Positions 8,812 through 17,110 of a DNA stretch of 32,000 bases are shown in pieces. How positions within the stretch are numbered: position 1 is the first letter of the stretch; every line of letters begins with the position of its first letter. A model generated the notes under the pieces. It was not told the DNA's origin. It saw only the letters and a program-made list of their open reading frames with translations, and ran no database searches. The DNA comes from Pseudomonadota bacterium (GTDB lineage Bacteria > Pseudomonadota > Gammaproteobacteria > Burkholderiales > Thiobacillaceae): contig JAJZRU010000028.1 in assembly GCA_021802555.1 (NCBI GenBank), forward strand, positions 5,937 through 37,936. Reading direction: 5' to 3'. A program made the translations under genes and the position numbers.

Positions 8812-9368
8812 ACAAAGCCTTCGTCAAGGAAAACGACGCGCCGGAAAGCATCGAGGACGACGAGGAAGGTCTGCCGATGCTGCCCCCCGGCAGCAAGAAT
8901 TACATGACTCCGGCGGGGCACGCCCGCATGGTCGCGGAGTTCGACCAGCTCTGGAAGGTCGAGCGCCCCAAGCTGGTGGAAACCATCGCCTGGGCGGCTT
9001 CCAACGGCGACCGCTCGGAGAACGGCGATTACATCTACGGCAAGAAGCGTTTGCGCGAAATCGACCGGCGCATCCGCTATCTGGCCAAGCGTCTGGAGGC
9101 GGCGGAAGTGGTGGATCCCGCTGCGCGCGAGGCCACCGACCAGATCTTCTTCGGCGCCACCGTCACGGTCGAGGATGCGGAAGGCGGCCACACCTACAGC
9201 ATCGTCGGCCTGGACGAAGCCGATGCCGGACGCGGCCGCATCGCCTGGACTTCGCCCATGGCGCGCGCCCTGCTGAAAGCGCGCGAGGGCGACACGGTGA
9301 TGGTGCAGACGCCTGGCGGGCGGCGCGAGCTGTACATTGCCGAAGTGGTTTACTTGGCGATCGAATAA
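8808..9368 (+). CDS. greB: transcription elongation factor GreB
   Basis: This is the 3' part of tracked ORF 7863..9368. The ATG overlaps the DUF2905 stop (ATGA). It carries the WAASNGDRSENGDYIYGKKRLREIDRRIRYL acidic-finger region and the Gre C-terminal domain (SPMARALLKAREGD). Confidence 0.9.
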   Translation: MNKAFVKENDAPESIEDDEEGLPMLPPGSKNYMTPAGHARMVAEFDQLWKVERPKLVETIAWAASNGDRSENGDYIYGKKRLREIDRRIRYLAKRLEAAEVVDPAAREATDQIFFGATVTVEDAEGGHTYSIVGLDEADAGRGRIAWTSPMARALLKAREGDTVMVQTPGGRRELYIAEVVYLAIE

Positions 9369-10007
9369 TCAGCCCAGCAGCCCGGGGAACAACTGGGCCA
9401 GCCCGCGCGCGATCATTTCCACGGAAATGGCGGCGATGATGAGGCCCATGAGGCGGGTGACCACGTGGATGCCCGTGGTGCCCAAGCGCCGGGCGATGAC
9501 GGGCGACAGCCGGAACGACAGCCACACGGTGAAGGCCACCAGCAGGATGGAGGGTAGCAGACTCACATGATGCAGCCATTGATGGGGGCCGCTGCCGCTG
9601 CTGCTGACGATGACATGGGTAATAGCGCCCGGCCCGGCCAGCAGCGGCACGCCCAGGGGCACGGCGCCCACGGCTTCCTTCTCCAAGGCCTCTTCGGCCT
9701 CCTCCGGCGTCTGGCGTATGGGGCTCACGCGCGCCTGCGCCATGGAAATGGCCAGCAGCAGCAGAAGAAAGCCGCCGCCCACCGCAAACGAAGCCAAACG
9801 CACCCCGAAGAAATCCAGCAGCGCCGTACCCGCCAGCGCGAACAGGCTCAATACTCCGAACACCGTGATGGAAGCGACCCAGGCGGCGGCGCGGCGCTGA
9901 GTTTCGTTGAAGCCGTCGGTGGAAGCGAGAAACACCGGGATGATGCCCACCGGGTCGACGATGGCGAACAGGCTCAGGGTGAACTTGGCGAGTTCCTGGA
10001 AATCCAT
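9369..10007 (-). CDS. MarC family (UPF0056) integral membrane protein
   Basis: Real start is MDFQELAKFTLSLFAIVDPVGIIPVFL (MarC-type N-terminus); the upstream part of tracked ORF 9369..10328 lies over trmB. Its stop abuts the greB stop with a 0-nt gap. Confidence 0.82.
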   Translation of the reverse strand: MDFQELAKFTLSLFAIVDPVGIIPVFLASTDGFNETQRRAAAWVASITVFGVLSLFALAGTALLDFFGVRLASFAVGGGFLLLLLAISMAQARVSPIRQTPEEAEEALEKEAVGAVPLGVPLLAGPGAITHVIVSSSGSGPHQWLHHVSLLPSILLVAFTVWLSFRLSPVIARRLGTTGIHVVTRLMGLIIAAISVEMIARGLAQLFPGLLG

Positions 10008-10008
10008 G

Positions 10009-10695
10009 TTACCCCGGGCGCCGGAACAGCAGATCCCACACGCCGTGGCCCAGCTTGAGCCCGCGCGCCTCGAATTTGGTCTGCGGGCGCCAGGCCGGGC
10101 GGGGCGCAAAATCCTTGGCGGTATTGACCAGCGCCGGCTCGGCATCCAGCACTGCCAGCATCTGCTCGGCATAGTCCTGCCAGTCGGTGGCGCAATGCAG
10201 ATAGCCGCCGTGCGCGAGCTTGCGCGCCGCCAACGCGGCGAATGCGGGCTGCACCAGGCGCCGCTTGTGGTGGCGTTTCTTGTGCCAGGGGTCGGGGAAG
10301 TAGACATGCATGCCGGCCAGTGCGCCATCGGCGATCATGTGCTCCAGCACTTCGTTGCCGTCGTGCTGGCAGACCCGCAGATTGGCGAGAGACAATTCCT
10401 CGATGCGCTTGAGCAGGGCGCCCACGCCGGGCGTATGCACTTCCACGGCGAGAAAATCCATCTCGGGATGAGCCTGCGCAATGGCGGCGGTGCTCTCCCC
10501 CATGCCGGAGCCGATTTCCAGTACCTTGGGCGCGCTGCGCCCGAACAGCGCATCCAGGTCCAGCGCGTCGGGCTGGTAAGCCACGCCCCACCGGCGCAGC
10601 AGCGTTTCGTAAGCGCGCGTTTGCGCCGGCGACATGCGTCCCTGGCGCAGCACGAAGCTGCGCACGGCGCGGCTGGAAAAGCGCGCGTGGGTCAC
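10009..10695 (-). CDS. trmB: tRNA (guanine46-N7)-methyltransferase TrmB
   Basis: 228 aa with the SAM-binding motif LEIGSGMGE and [14 protein letters not shown], which is characteristic of TrmB. GTG start. Its stop is 1 nt from the marC start. Confidence 0.9.
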   Translation of the reverse strand: MTHARFSSRAVRSFVLRQGRMSPAQTRAYETLLRRWGVAYQPDALDLDALFGRSAPKVLEIGSGMGESTAAIAQAHPEMDFLAVEVHTPGVGALLKRIEELSLANLRVCQHDGNEVLEHMIADGALAGMHVYFPDPWHKKRHHKRRLVQPAFAALAARKLAHGGYLHCATDWQDYAEQMLAVLDAEPALVNTAKDFAPRPAWRPQTKFEARGLKLGHGVWDLLFRRPG

Positions 10696-10746
10696 GTTGC
10701 CGGCGGAAGCGGTGTCGATGACGGACTCCGGGCGTTGTCGCCGCGC

Positions 10747-11529
10747 TCAGCGGCCGATGAGCCCGCCGGTGGGCGAACTGGGGCTGGCCGTATAAATTTT
10801 CTTCGCCATGCGGCCCGCCAAGTAGGCGCGGCGGCCGGCGTCTACCGCCAGCTTCATCGCCTCGGCCATCAGCACGGGATTCTGTGCGCCGGCGATGGCC
10901 GTGTTCATGAGCACACCGTCGCAGCCCAGTTCCATGGCGATGGCCGCATCCGATGCGGTGCCCACGCCAGCGTCCACGATCAGCGGCACCTGGATGCGGT
11001 CGCGCATGATCCGCAGGTTCCAGGGATTGAGGATGCCCATGCCCGAGCCGATGAGCGAGGCCAGCGGCATGATGGCGACGCAGCCGAGGTCTTGCAGGCG
11101 CTGGGCGATGATGGGGTCGTCCGAGGTATAGACCATCACCTGGAAGCCGTCCCTGATCAGCACTTCGGCAGCCTTGAGCGTTTCCACCACGTTGGGGTAG
11201 AGGGTGTGCGCATCGCCTAACACCTCCAGCTTCACCAGCGCATGGCCGTCCAGCAGCTCGCGCGCCAGCCGCAGGGTGCGGATGGCTTCCTCCGCCGTGT
11301 AGCAGCCGGCCGTGTTGGGCAGATAGGTGTAGCGCGCGGGCGGCAGGGCGTCCAGCAGGGAGGGCTGGCCGGCATCCTGGCCGATGTTGGTGCGGCGGAT
11401 GGCCACGGTGACGATGTCCGCCCCAGAGGCCTCCACGGCGCGGCGGGTTTCGTCGAAATCCTTGTATTTGCCCGTGCCTACCAGGAGGCGGGAAGCATAG
11501 GACTTGCCGGCGATGACCAAGGGTTCCAT
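10747..11529 (-). CDS. thiG: thiazole synthase ThiG
   Basis: 260 aa. The N-terminus [19 protein letters not shown] and the TIM-barrel pattern are typical of ThiG. It lies downstream of thiS. Confidence 0.93.
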   Translation of the reverse strand: MEPLVIAGKSYASRLLVGTGKYKDFDETRRAVEASGADIVTVAIRRTNIGQDAGQPSLLDALPPARYTYLPNTAGCYTAEEAIRTLRLARELLDGHALVKLEVLGDAHTLYPNVVETLKAAEVLIRDGFQVMVYTSDDPIIAQRLQDLGCVAIMPLASLIGSGMGILNPWNLRIMRDRIQVPLIVDAGVGTASDAAIAMELGCDGVLMNTAIAGAQNPVLMAEAMKLAVDAGRRAYLAGRMAKKIYTASPSSPTGGLIGR

Positions 11530-11595
11530 GTCTTACTCAAGCGAAGATGCAATAGAGGTTGATGGGCGTGCCTGTGACGGCGGGAAACGGACCAC

Positions 11596-11805
11596 TCAGC
11601 CGCCGCCCACGGCGGCGACGACTTCCAGCTTGTCGCCGTCGGCAAGCGCGATGTCGGCATAAGTGCTGCGCGGCACGATCTCCCCGTTGCGCTCGATGGC
11701 GACGCGCTTGCCGGCAAGCTCCAGGGCATCCACCAGCCCCGCCATCGTCAAGGGCGCGGGAAAAGACCGGGGCTCGCCGTTGATGGTCAGGCTCAATGAC
11801 TTCAT
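11596..11805 (-). CDS. thiS: sulfur carrier protein ThiS
   Basis: 69 aa starting MKSLSLTINGEP and ending in the ubiquitin-like C-terminal VGGG. The upstream part of tracked ORF 11596..11907 overlaps the tRNA gene and is not coding. Confidence 0.88.
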   Translation of the reverse strand: MKSLSLTINGEPRSFPAPLTMAGLVDALELAGKRVAIERNGEIVPRSTYADIALADGDKLEVVAAVGGG

Positions 11806-11870
11806 GGGAGCGGGGAATTCCAGTAAGATGCCTGCCTTGCAGAGCGCAAGGCTTGCGCAAAGTCTACCAT

Positions 11871-11944
11871 GCGGGTGTAGTTCAATGGTAGAACGGAAGC
11901 TTCCCAAGCTTCATACGAGGGTTCGATTCCCTTCACCCGCTCCA
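11871..11944 (+). tRNA. tRNA-Gly (anticodon CCC), CCA encoded
   Basis: Folds by hand into a cloverleaf. Acceptor stem is GCGGGTG/CACCCGC and D arm is GTTC-AATGGTA-GAAC. The anticodon arm is GAAGC-TTCCCAA-GCTTC, the variable loop is 4 nt, and the T arm is GAGGG-TTCGATT-CCCTT. The discriminator is T, followed by CCA. Confidence 0.93.
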
Positions 11945-11980
11945 TCTCCCACACAGCCGCGTCCGGCGGCGGGCCGCTCC

Positions 11981-12787
11981 TCAATGGGCGGCCGGTTTTT
12001 CGCTCGCCGGGGGCGCTTCCGGCTGCTCGGGGCCGAGCTGCTCCATCAGTTCGCGCGAGCTCAGGGCCCGTCCGCGGATCAGGTACTCCTGGTGCTGAAG
12101 CCAGGCGCTGCGCGCGAAGTAATAGGGAAACACGGCTTCCTTCACCATACGCACTGCGCCGCGCTCGGTGTAGCCCTCGTTCACCACGCCCAAGGTGGTG
12201 ATGCTCCACTGGGCCGGGGTGCTGCTCACGTAATAAAACGGGCTGGCGAGTATGGCCGCCGGAATGCCGGGCAGGCTGCGCAGGGAGGACGGACCGAAGA
12301 AGGGCAGCACCAGATAAGGGCCCTGCGGCACGCCCCATACGCCCAAGGTCACCCCCAGGTTGTTCTCATGCGGCGGCAGGTCGAAACGGTTCGCGAAATC
12401 GAACAGGCCGCCGACGCCGAATAGGGTGTTGCCCACGAAGCGGCTCACGTCGGACAGCCCCTGATGCACCCGCAGTTGCAGGAAGTCGTTGAGTATGATG
12501 TAAGGGTAGCCGGCGTTGGCGAAAAAATTGGCGACCCGTGTGCGCACGAACATCGGCGTGACTTGTTCGTAGCCTTTGGCTACGGGCTCGATCACATGAT
12601 CGTAGAGCCCCATGTTGAAATCGAAGACCTTCCGGTTCATGGGCTCCAGGGGGTCGGAGATCTCGGCGTCGGCGGCGTGCAGGCCGGGCTTGGTGCCGCC
12701 GCCGGTCGTCGCGCAACCCTGCAGGGAAGCCAGCGCCGCCGCCAGCAACAGGCCCATCGGCCACCTCTTGAACGCCGTCGGCATCAT
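11981..12787 (-). CDS. MlaA/VacJ family outer-membrane lipoprotein (last gene of the hopanoid cluster)
   Basis: 268 aa with a signal peptide and lipobox (LLAAALASLQGC). The VacJ-like core includes DPLEPMNRKVFDFN and GPYLVLPFFGPSSLR. Its ATG overlaps the hpnM stop (ATGA). Confidence 0.85.
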   Translation of the reverse strand: MMPTAFKRWPMGLLLAAALASLQGCATTGGGTKPGLHAADAEISDPLEPMNRKVFDFNMGLYDHVIEPVAKGYEQVTPMFVRTRVANFFANAGYPYIILNDFLQLRVHQGLSDVSRFVGNTLFGVGGLFDFANRFDLPPHENNLGVTLGVWGVPQGPYLVLPFFGPSSLRSLPGIPAAILASPFYYVSSTPAQWSITTLGVVNEGYTERGAVRMVKEAVFPYYFARSAWLQHQEYLIRGRALSSRELMEQLGPEQPEAPPASEKPAAH

Positions 12788-13428
12788 TCTTTTCCTTGCG
12801 CCATGCGCGCGATGTAGCCCTTGAGGCCGGCGATCAGGCCGGGGAAGCCTCGCTGCTCAAGCAGGTGGGTGAATTCCGCCTGCTTGAGCGCGAGGTCACT
12901 CACGCCGTCGGCGACGACGTTGATGACGCGCCACTGGCCGGCCACCGGCTGCATGAGGTAGTCGAGGCTGTGCACCTTGCCGCCGCTTTCGGTGAGCGTA
13001 CTGGAGACCACCATGCGGTTGGGCGGCAGCGGCTGGATGGACTTGATGGCGAAGCGCTCGCCGGCGTAGCCGTCGAAACGCGCCGCGTAGGTCGCTATGG
13101 TGTAGTCGCGCAGGGCGGCGACGAATTCCCGCTGCTGGGCGGGGCTGAGCCTGCTCCACTGGCCGCCCAGCACTAGGGCCGCCACGGCGGGGAAATCGTA
13201 GGTGCGCTCGATGACCGGCGCCAGGCTGCGGTAGCGCCCGGTGTAGCCGAGCTTGTGCGCCTGCTTCATGGCGGCGAGCAAGGCGTCGTCGAGCTGCTCG
13301 ACGACCAGGCGGGGCGCACCTGCCGCGGCAGCGTGCGGCGGCGCGGAGGCCGGCTCGGCCAGCGCGGCGGACGGGGCGGCGAGGGACAATCCGCCCAGCA
13401 GCAGAAAAACGAACGGCAGTTTTTTCAT
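12784..13428 (-). CDS. hpnM: HpnM, hopanoid-associated MlaC/Ttg2D-like periplasmic lipid-binding protein
   Basis: 214 aa with a Sec signal peptide (cleavage after AALA). The toluene-tolerance/MlaC-like pattern includes FDFPAVAALVLGGQW and WRVINVVADGVSDL. It starts 5 nt after hpnL. Confidence 0.82.
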   Translation of the reverse strand: MKKLPFVFLLLGGLSLAAPSAALAEPASAPPHAAAAGAPRLVVEQLDDALLAAMKQAHKLGYTGRYRSLAPVIERTYDFPAVAALVLGGQWSRLSPAQQREFVAALRDYTIATYAARFDGYAGERFAIKSIQPLPPNRMVVSSTLTESGGKVHSLDYLMQPVAGQWRVINVVADGVSDLALKQAEFTHLLEQRGFPGLIAGLKGYIARMAQGKE

Positions 13429-13433
13429 GGTCG

Positions 13434-14432
13434 TCAGCTCCTTGCGCGCGCGCGCCAGCGGCGATGCAGATTATGCCCTTCGGCTCCCTGCCACGCCAAC
13501 AGGAAGGGGAGGCCGAAAGCCACTTCGCGGAATCTGCGCGCGAGCGAAAAAGCCAGCGCCACATCCGGCGCGATGCCCACGCCTGCGCCGAACAGCATGA
13601 AGCCGCCTTCCTGTACGCCCAAGCCGGCCGGCACGACGAAGGTGGCGCTGCGCAGCGCCTGGCCCAGGCTTTCCAGCATCAGCGCCATGGCCAGGGAAAT
13701 GGGATGGTGCAGCAGTTGGAAAGTGAACCACACTTCCACGGCTCCCATGAGCAGGCCGGCCAGTTGCCAGAACAGGGCGACGGCCAGGGTCGATCGCCGC
13801 CGGTAAATCTGGCGCACGGTTTCGTCCAGGCGCGCCATGGTGCCGGCCCACGGGCTGTGGCGCCCCAGGATCGCCTTGAGCGCGCGCTCAAGGAACTGGA
13901 ACAAGCCCCAATGGTGCTGCAGCATGACGAACGCCGCGATCACCGGCAGCGTGACGAGCAGGCCCACCAGGATGTCGGCGATGAGCGCATGGTCGCGCAC
14001 GTAATGCGCCAGGATGGCGATGCCGATGAGGGTGAAAATCACCTGGCCCACCAGGGTCAGCGTGACCTCGACCACGATGCTGGCCGCCGCCATGTCGCCG
14101 GCGATGCCGCGCCGCGCGAGCAGGCGCACGCCCACCAGCTCGCCGCCCACGCGGGCGACGGGCAAGAGGCCGTTGACGGATTCGCGCACGCCGGCGACCC
14201 ACAGCAGGAAGGGGAAGCCGGCGCGCGGCTCGTCGCGCAGCAGCCTGCGCCAGCCCATGGCGTCCAGGCCGATGGGCAGGAGATGGAAGGGCACCAGCCA
14301 GAGCAGGCTCCACCCCGCCGTCAGGAGCATGCCGAAAATGTCGCCTGCGCCCTCCCGCACCACCAGCACGGTGGCCAGGGCCACGCCGAGCAGCGCAGCG
14401 GAATACATCCCGAGATGGACGATGCGCTTCAC
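13434..14432 (-). CDS. hpnL: HpnL, hopanoid-associated membrane protein (UPF0104 / MprF flippase-like TM domain)
   Basis: These are the last 332 codons of tracked ORF 13434..17039. GTG 14432 overlaps the hpnN stop (GTGA); ATG 14408 is an alternative start. It is polytopic, with the motif PARVGGELVGVRLL typical of the LPG-synthase-TM family. Confidence 0.8.
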   Translation of the reverse strand: MKRIVHLGMYSAALLGVALATVLVVREGAGDIFGMLLTAGWSLLWLVPFHLLPIGLDAMGWRRLLRDEPRAGFPFLLWVAGVRESVNGLLPVARVGGELVGVRLLARRGIAGDMAAASIVVEVTLTLVGQVIFTLIGIAILAHYVRDHALIADILVGLLVTLPVIAAFVMLQHHWGLFQFLERALKAILGRHSPWAGTMARLDETVRQIYRRRSTLAVALFWQLAGLLMGAVEVWFTFQLLHHPISLAMALMLESLGQALRSATFVVPAGLGVQEGGFMLFGAGVGIAPDVALAFSLARRFREVAFGLPFLLAWQGAEGHNLHRRWRARARS

Positions 14433-17110
14433 CCGTCTTCCTTGGGCGAGGGCGTGACCAACAGCAGCAGGGCGGGCAGCACGACGAGGATGCTCAGCAG
14501 CACCATGACCAGGGCCAGCGACAGCGTCCTGCCCAGGCTGGCCATGCCTGGGTCGTTGGAGATGGCCATGCTGCCGAAGGAGCTCAGGGTGGTGAGGCCG
14601 CTGAACAGCACCGCCGCCGGCGTGCTGGTCTGCAGCAGGTGGGAGATGCTCACGCCCTGGCGCCAGCGCGCTACCACATAAATGGCGAAGGCCACGCCCA
14701 GGCCGATGAGCAGGGGCAGGACGATGATGTTGCCGAGATTGAAGGGCAGGCCCAGCAGGGTCATGGCCGCCACGGTGTAGGCCGCCGCCAGCAGCAGCGG
14801 CAGCAGCACCAGCAGCACGTCCAGCCAGCGGCGCAGCACCAGCAGCAGCAGGCAGACGATGCCCGCCAGGGCGATGGCGCTGGCTTCCCGGAACGCGCCC
14901 GCCACGGCCTTGCCGCCGTCCACCAGCATGACCGGCGCGCCCACTGCCTGCGGCGCCACCGTGCGCACGGCGGCGACGAAGCGTTCCATGGCGACGGCCT
15001 GGCCGAGGTTGTGCTGCGGGAACACTTCCACGCGCGCCCGCCCGTCGGGCGCCAGGTAACGGCTGCGCAGATTTGCCGGCAGGTCGTCCAGGGTGACGGG
15101 GGCCGCACCGAGCGTGAGCGCCAGCCGGTTCAGTTCGGCGGGAAGCCCGCCCATGACGCGCCGCTGCAGTTGCGCCAGGTCGGCGCGGCCGGCGCCGAAG
15201 CGGGCGTGGAAAGCCTGCAAGGCGGCCAGCAGCGAGGCCGCGCTGCGGCGCACGGCGGCGTCGGCATCGTGCGCCGCCAGCGCGGCCAGGCTGTCCTGAA
15301 AGCGCGCCAGGGCGGCCGGCAGGCCGGGGCCGGGCAGCGCCGGCACGGCCCCGGCGTGCAGCGAGAAGGGCGGCACCAGCAGTTGCAGATTCTGCAGCAC
15401 GGCCAGTTTCTCGCCCTGCTGCGCGGGGACGTAGCTCGCCAGGGTAAGCGCCTGGGAGACCTCGGGCAGCCGTTGCAGGCGCGCCGCGAGCCGCTCGGCC
15501 GCGGCCAGGTCGGGCGCGACGATTTCGATGCGATAAGGCGACGTGGCGCGATCCTGCAGCAGTTGGCGGAACACGCGCACGCCTTCCGACTTCTGGTTGA
15601 TCATGTTGAGGGGGTCGAAGTCGAAGCGCACCTGGGCGATCAGCGGAATGGCGCCCAGGCTCAGCAGGAGCGCGCCCCCCACGATCCAGCGGCCGTAGCG
15701 GTGTATGGGATGGCGCGCCATCGCCACGCCTCCATGCACGCTCATGACCGGCTGCGCCGCGCCCGCCTTGCGCGGCGGCCAGAGCGTCAGCAGCGCCGGC
15801 AGGAGCGTGAGGGTGGCCAGCAGGGCGACGAACATGCTGATGCCCGAGATTAGTCCCAGGTCCACCATGCCGGCGTAGTGCGTCGGGACGAAGGAAAAAA
15901 AGCTGATGGCGGCGGCCGCCGCGGCCAGGCTCAGTGCGCTGCCCAGCCCTGCCGCAACGCGCCGCAGGGCCACCGGGTGCGGGGCGGCGTTGTGGACTTC
16001 TTCCTTGTAGCGCAGGCAGAACTGGATGCCGAAATCCACACCCAGGCCGATGAAGAGCACGGCAAAGGCCACCGACAAGAGATTGAACGGCCCGATGAAG
16101 GCGAGCGCCAAGGCGGCGGTCAGGATCATGCCGGTGATGAGGCTCGCCAGCACCGCGGCCACCAGGCGCGCCGAACGCAGGGCGACGGCCAGGAGCAGCA
16201 GCTCCAGGCCCAGGGTAAGCCCCAGGGCCAGGCCGGCGCTTTCCGCGACGGTCTTGATTTGCTCGGTGTCCAGCAGCGCGTCGCCGGTCAGCCCGATGCG
16301 CACGCCGTGGGCGGCATCCAGGCCGAGCGGGCCGAGCGCGGCGCGCAGGGCGCGGATGGGCCGCGCCGCAGGCTGCAGCGAGTGGTGATCGAGCACGGGG
16401 TTGAGGATGAGGAAGCGCTGCCGCGCGGCAGCCGCGCCGTCGCCGCCGGCCATCAGAGCGCCCCATCTCACGGCGTAAAAACGCCCGTCGGTCTGCGCCC
16501 GCACGGCCTGGTCCATCTGCTCCAGGAGCGGCGCCAGGCCCTGCACCTGCTGGCCCCCGTCGAGCCGCTGCTGCACGGCCGCGTGCAGGAGATCGACCAG
16601 GCCCTGCAGGCTGGCATCGCGCGCCAGGCTGGCGATCAGCGGCTGGGCGGCGACGATGCGGGCGGCGATCTGCCGCACCTGCGGCGGGTCGAGGTACAAC
16701 AGGCCGTTGCGCTGGAAGAATTCGCCTCCGCCCGGCGCATAGACGCCGGTGAACTCGGCCGGATGCGCGCGCGCCCAGGTTTCCAGCCGCTCCAGCGCGC
16801 TCGCCGCCAAGGCCGATGTGTCGCCGTCGATGACCACCACGAGGGTGTTGCCGGTCTGCGGAAACGCCTGGCGGTAGGCGTGCTCCAGGCGCTGGAACGG
16901 CAGGTCGCGCGACAGGATGCCGCTCGTGTCGGTGTCCATGCTGAAGTGCGTGGCGCTGTAGTACGCGGCTGCCAGCAGCATGGCCAGCGCGAGCGCCAGC
17001 ACGCTGCGCGCCCGGCTGTGCGAGCGCTCCACCAGCCACAGCAGGCCTTTCATGTAGCGGTGTCCGAGCGATCGCAGGCGCAGGTCAAGCGTGGACCAGA
17101 TGGAGTTCAC
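14429..17110 (-). CDS. hpnN: HpnN, hopanoid-associated RND-type transporter
   Basis: 893 aa with an RND/MMPL-like architecture: two TM bundles and two large periplasmic domains. GTG 17110 has a GGAGGA Shine-Dalgarno 9 nt upstream; ATG 17053 (MKGLLWLVERS) is an alternative start. Confidence 0.88.
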   Translation of the reverse strand: MNSIWSTLDLRLRSLGHRYMKGLLWLVERSHSRARSVLALALAMLLAAAYYSATHFSMDTDTSGILSRDLPFQRLEHAYRQAFPQTGNTLVVVIDGDTSALAASALERLETWARAHPAEFTGVYAPGGGEFFQRNGLLYLDPPQVRQIAARIVAAQPLIASLARDASLQGLVDLLHAAVQQRLDGGQQVQGLAPLLEQMDQAVRAQTDGRFYAVRWGALMAGGDGAAAARQRFLILNPVLDHHSLQPAARPIRALRAALGPLGLDAAHGVRIGLTGDALLDTEQIKTVAESAGLALGLTLGLELLLLAVALRSARLVAAVLASLITGMILTAALALAFIGPFNLLSVAFAVLFIGLGVDFGIQFCLRYKEEVHNAAPHPVALRRVAAGLGSALSLAAAAAAISFFSFVPTHYAGMVDLGLISGISMFVALLATLTLLPALLTLWPPRKAGAAQPVMSVHGGVAMARHPIHRYGRWIVGGALLLSLGAIPLIAQVRFDFDPLNMINQKSEGVRVFRQLLQDRATSPYRIEIVAPDLAAAERLAARLQRLPEVSQALTLASYVPAQQGEKLAVLQNLQLLVPPFSLHAGAVPALPGPGLPAALARFQDSLAALAAHDADAAVRRSAASLLAALQAFHARFGAGRADLAQLQRRVMGGLPAELNRLALTLGAAPVTLDDLPANLRSRYLAPDGRARVEVFPQHNLGQAVAMERFVAAVRTVAPQAVGAPVMLVDGGKAVAGAFREASAIALAGIVCLLLLVLRRWLDVLLVLLPLLLAAAYTVAAMTLLGLPFNLGNIIVLPLLIGLGVAFAIYVVARWRQGVSISHLLQTSTPAAVLFSGLTTLSSFGSMAISNDPGMASLGRTLSLALVMVLLSILVVLPALLLLVTPSPKEDG

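Noticed and set aside
7863-9368. 501-aa plus-strand ORF ending as GreB
   Set aside because: Only the last 186 codons are GreB. The upstream part is antisense to the CPA2 antiporter and overlaps DUF2905 in another frame. Its composition (Gln/His/Gly/Ala/Arg runs) is not protein-like.
9907-11220. 437-aa plus-strand ORF antisense to trmB and thiG
   Set aside because: This is a shadow frame. The minus strand carries unmistakable TrmB and ThiG sequences.
11806-11870. TPP riboswitch upstream of thiS
   Set aside because: Only 65 nt lie between thiS and the tRNA gene. The conserved THI-box elements (for example CUGAGA) are absent.
13434-17039. 1201-aa ORF on the minus strand spanning hpnL and nearly all of hpnN
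   Set aside because: Only the last 332 codons look like a protein (HpnL). The upstream roughly 870 codons are Arg/Ala/Pro/Gly-rich low-complexity sequence in an alternative frame of the well-supported hpnN gene. This is a stop-poor shadow frame expected in high-GC DNA.
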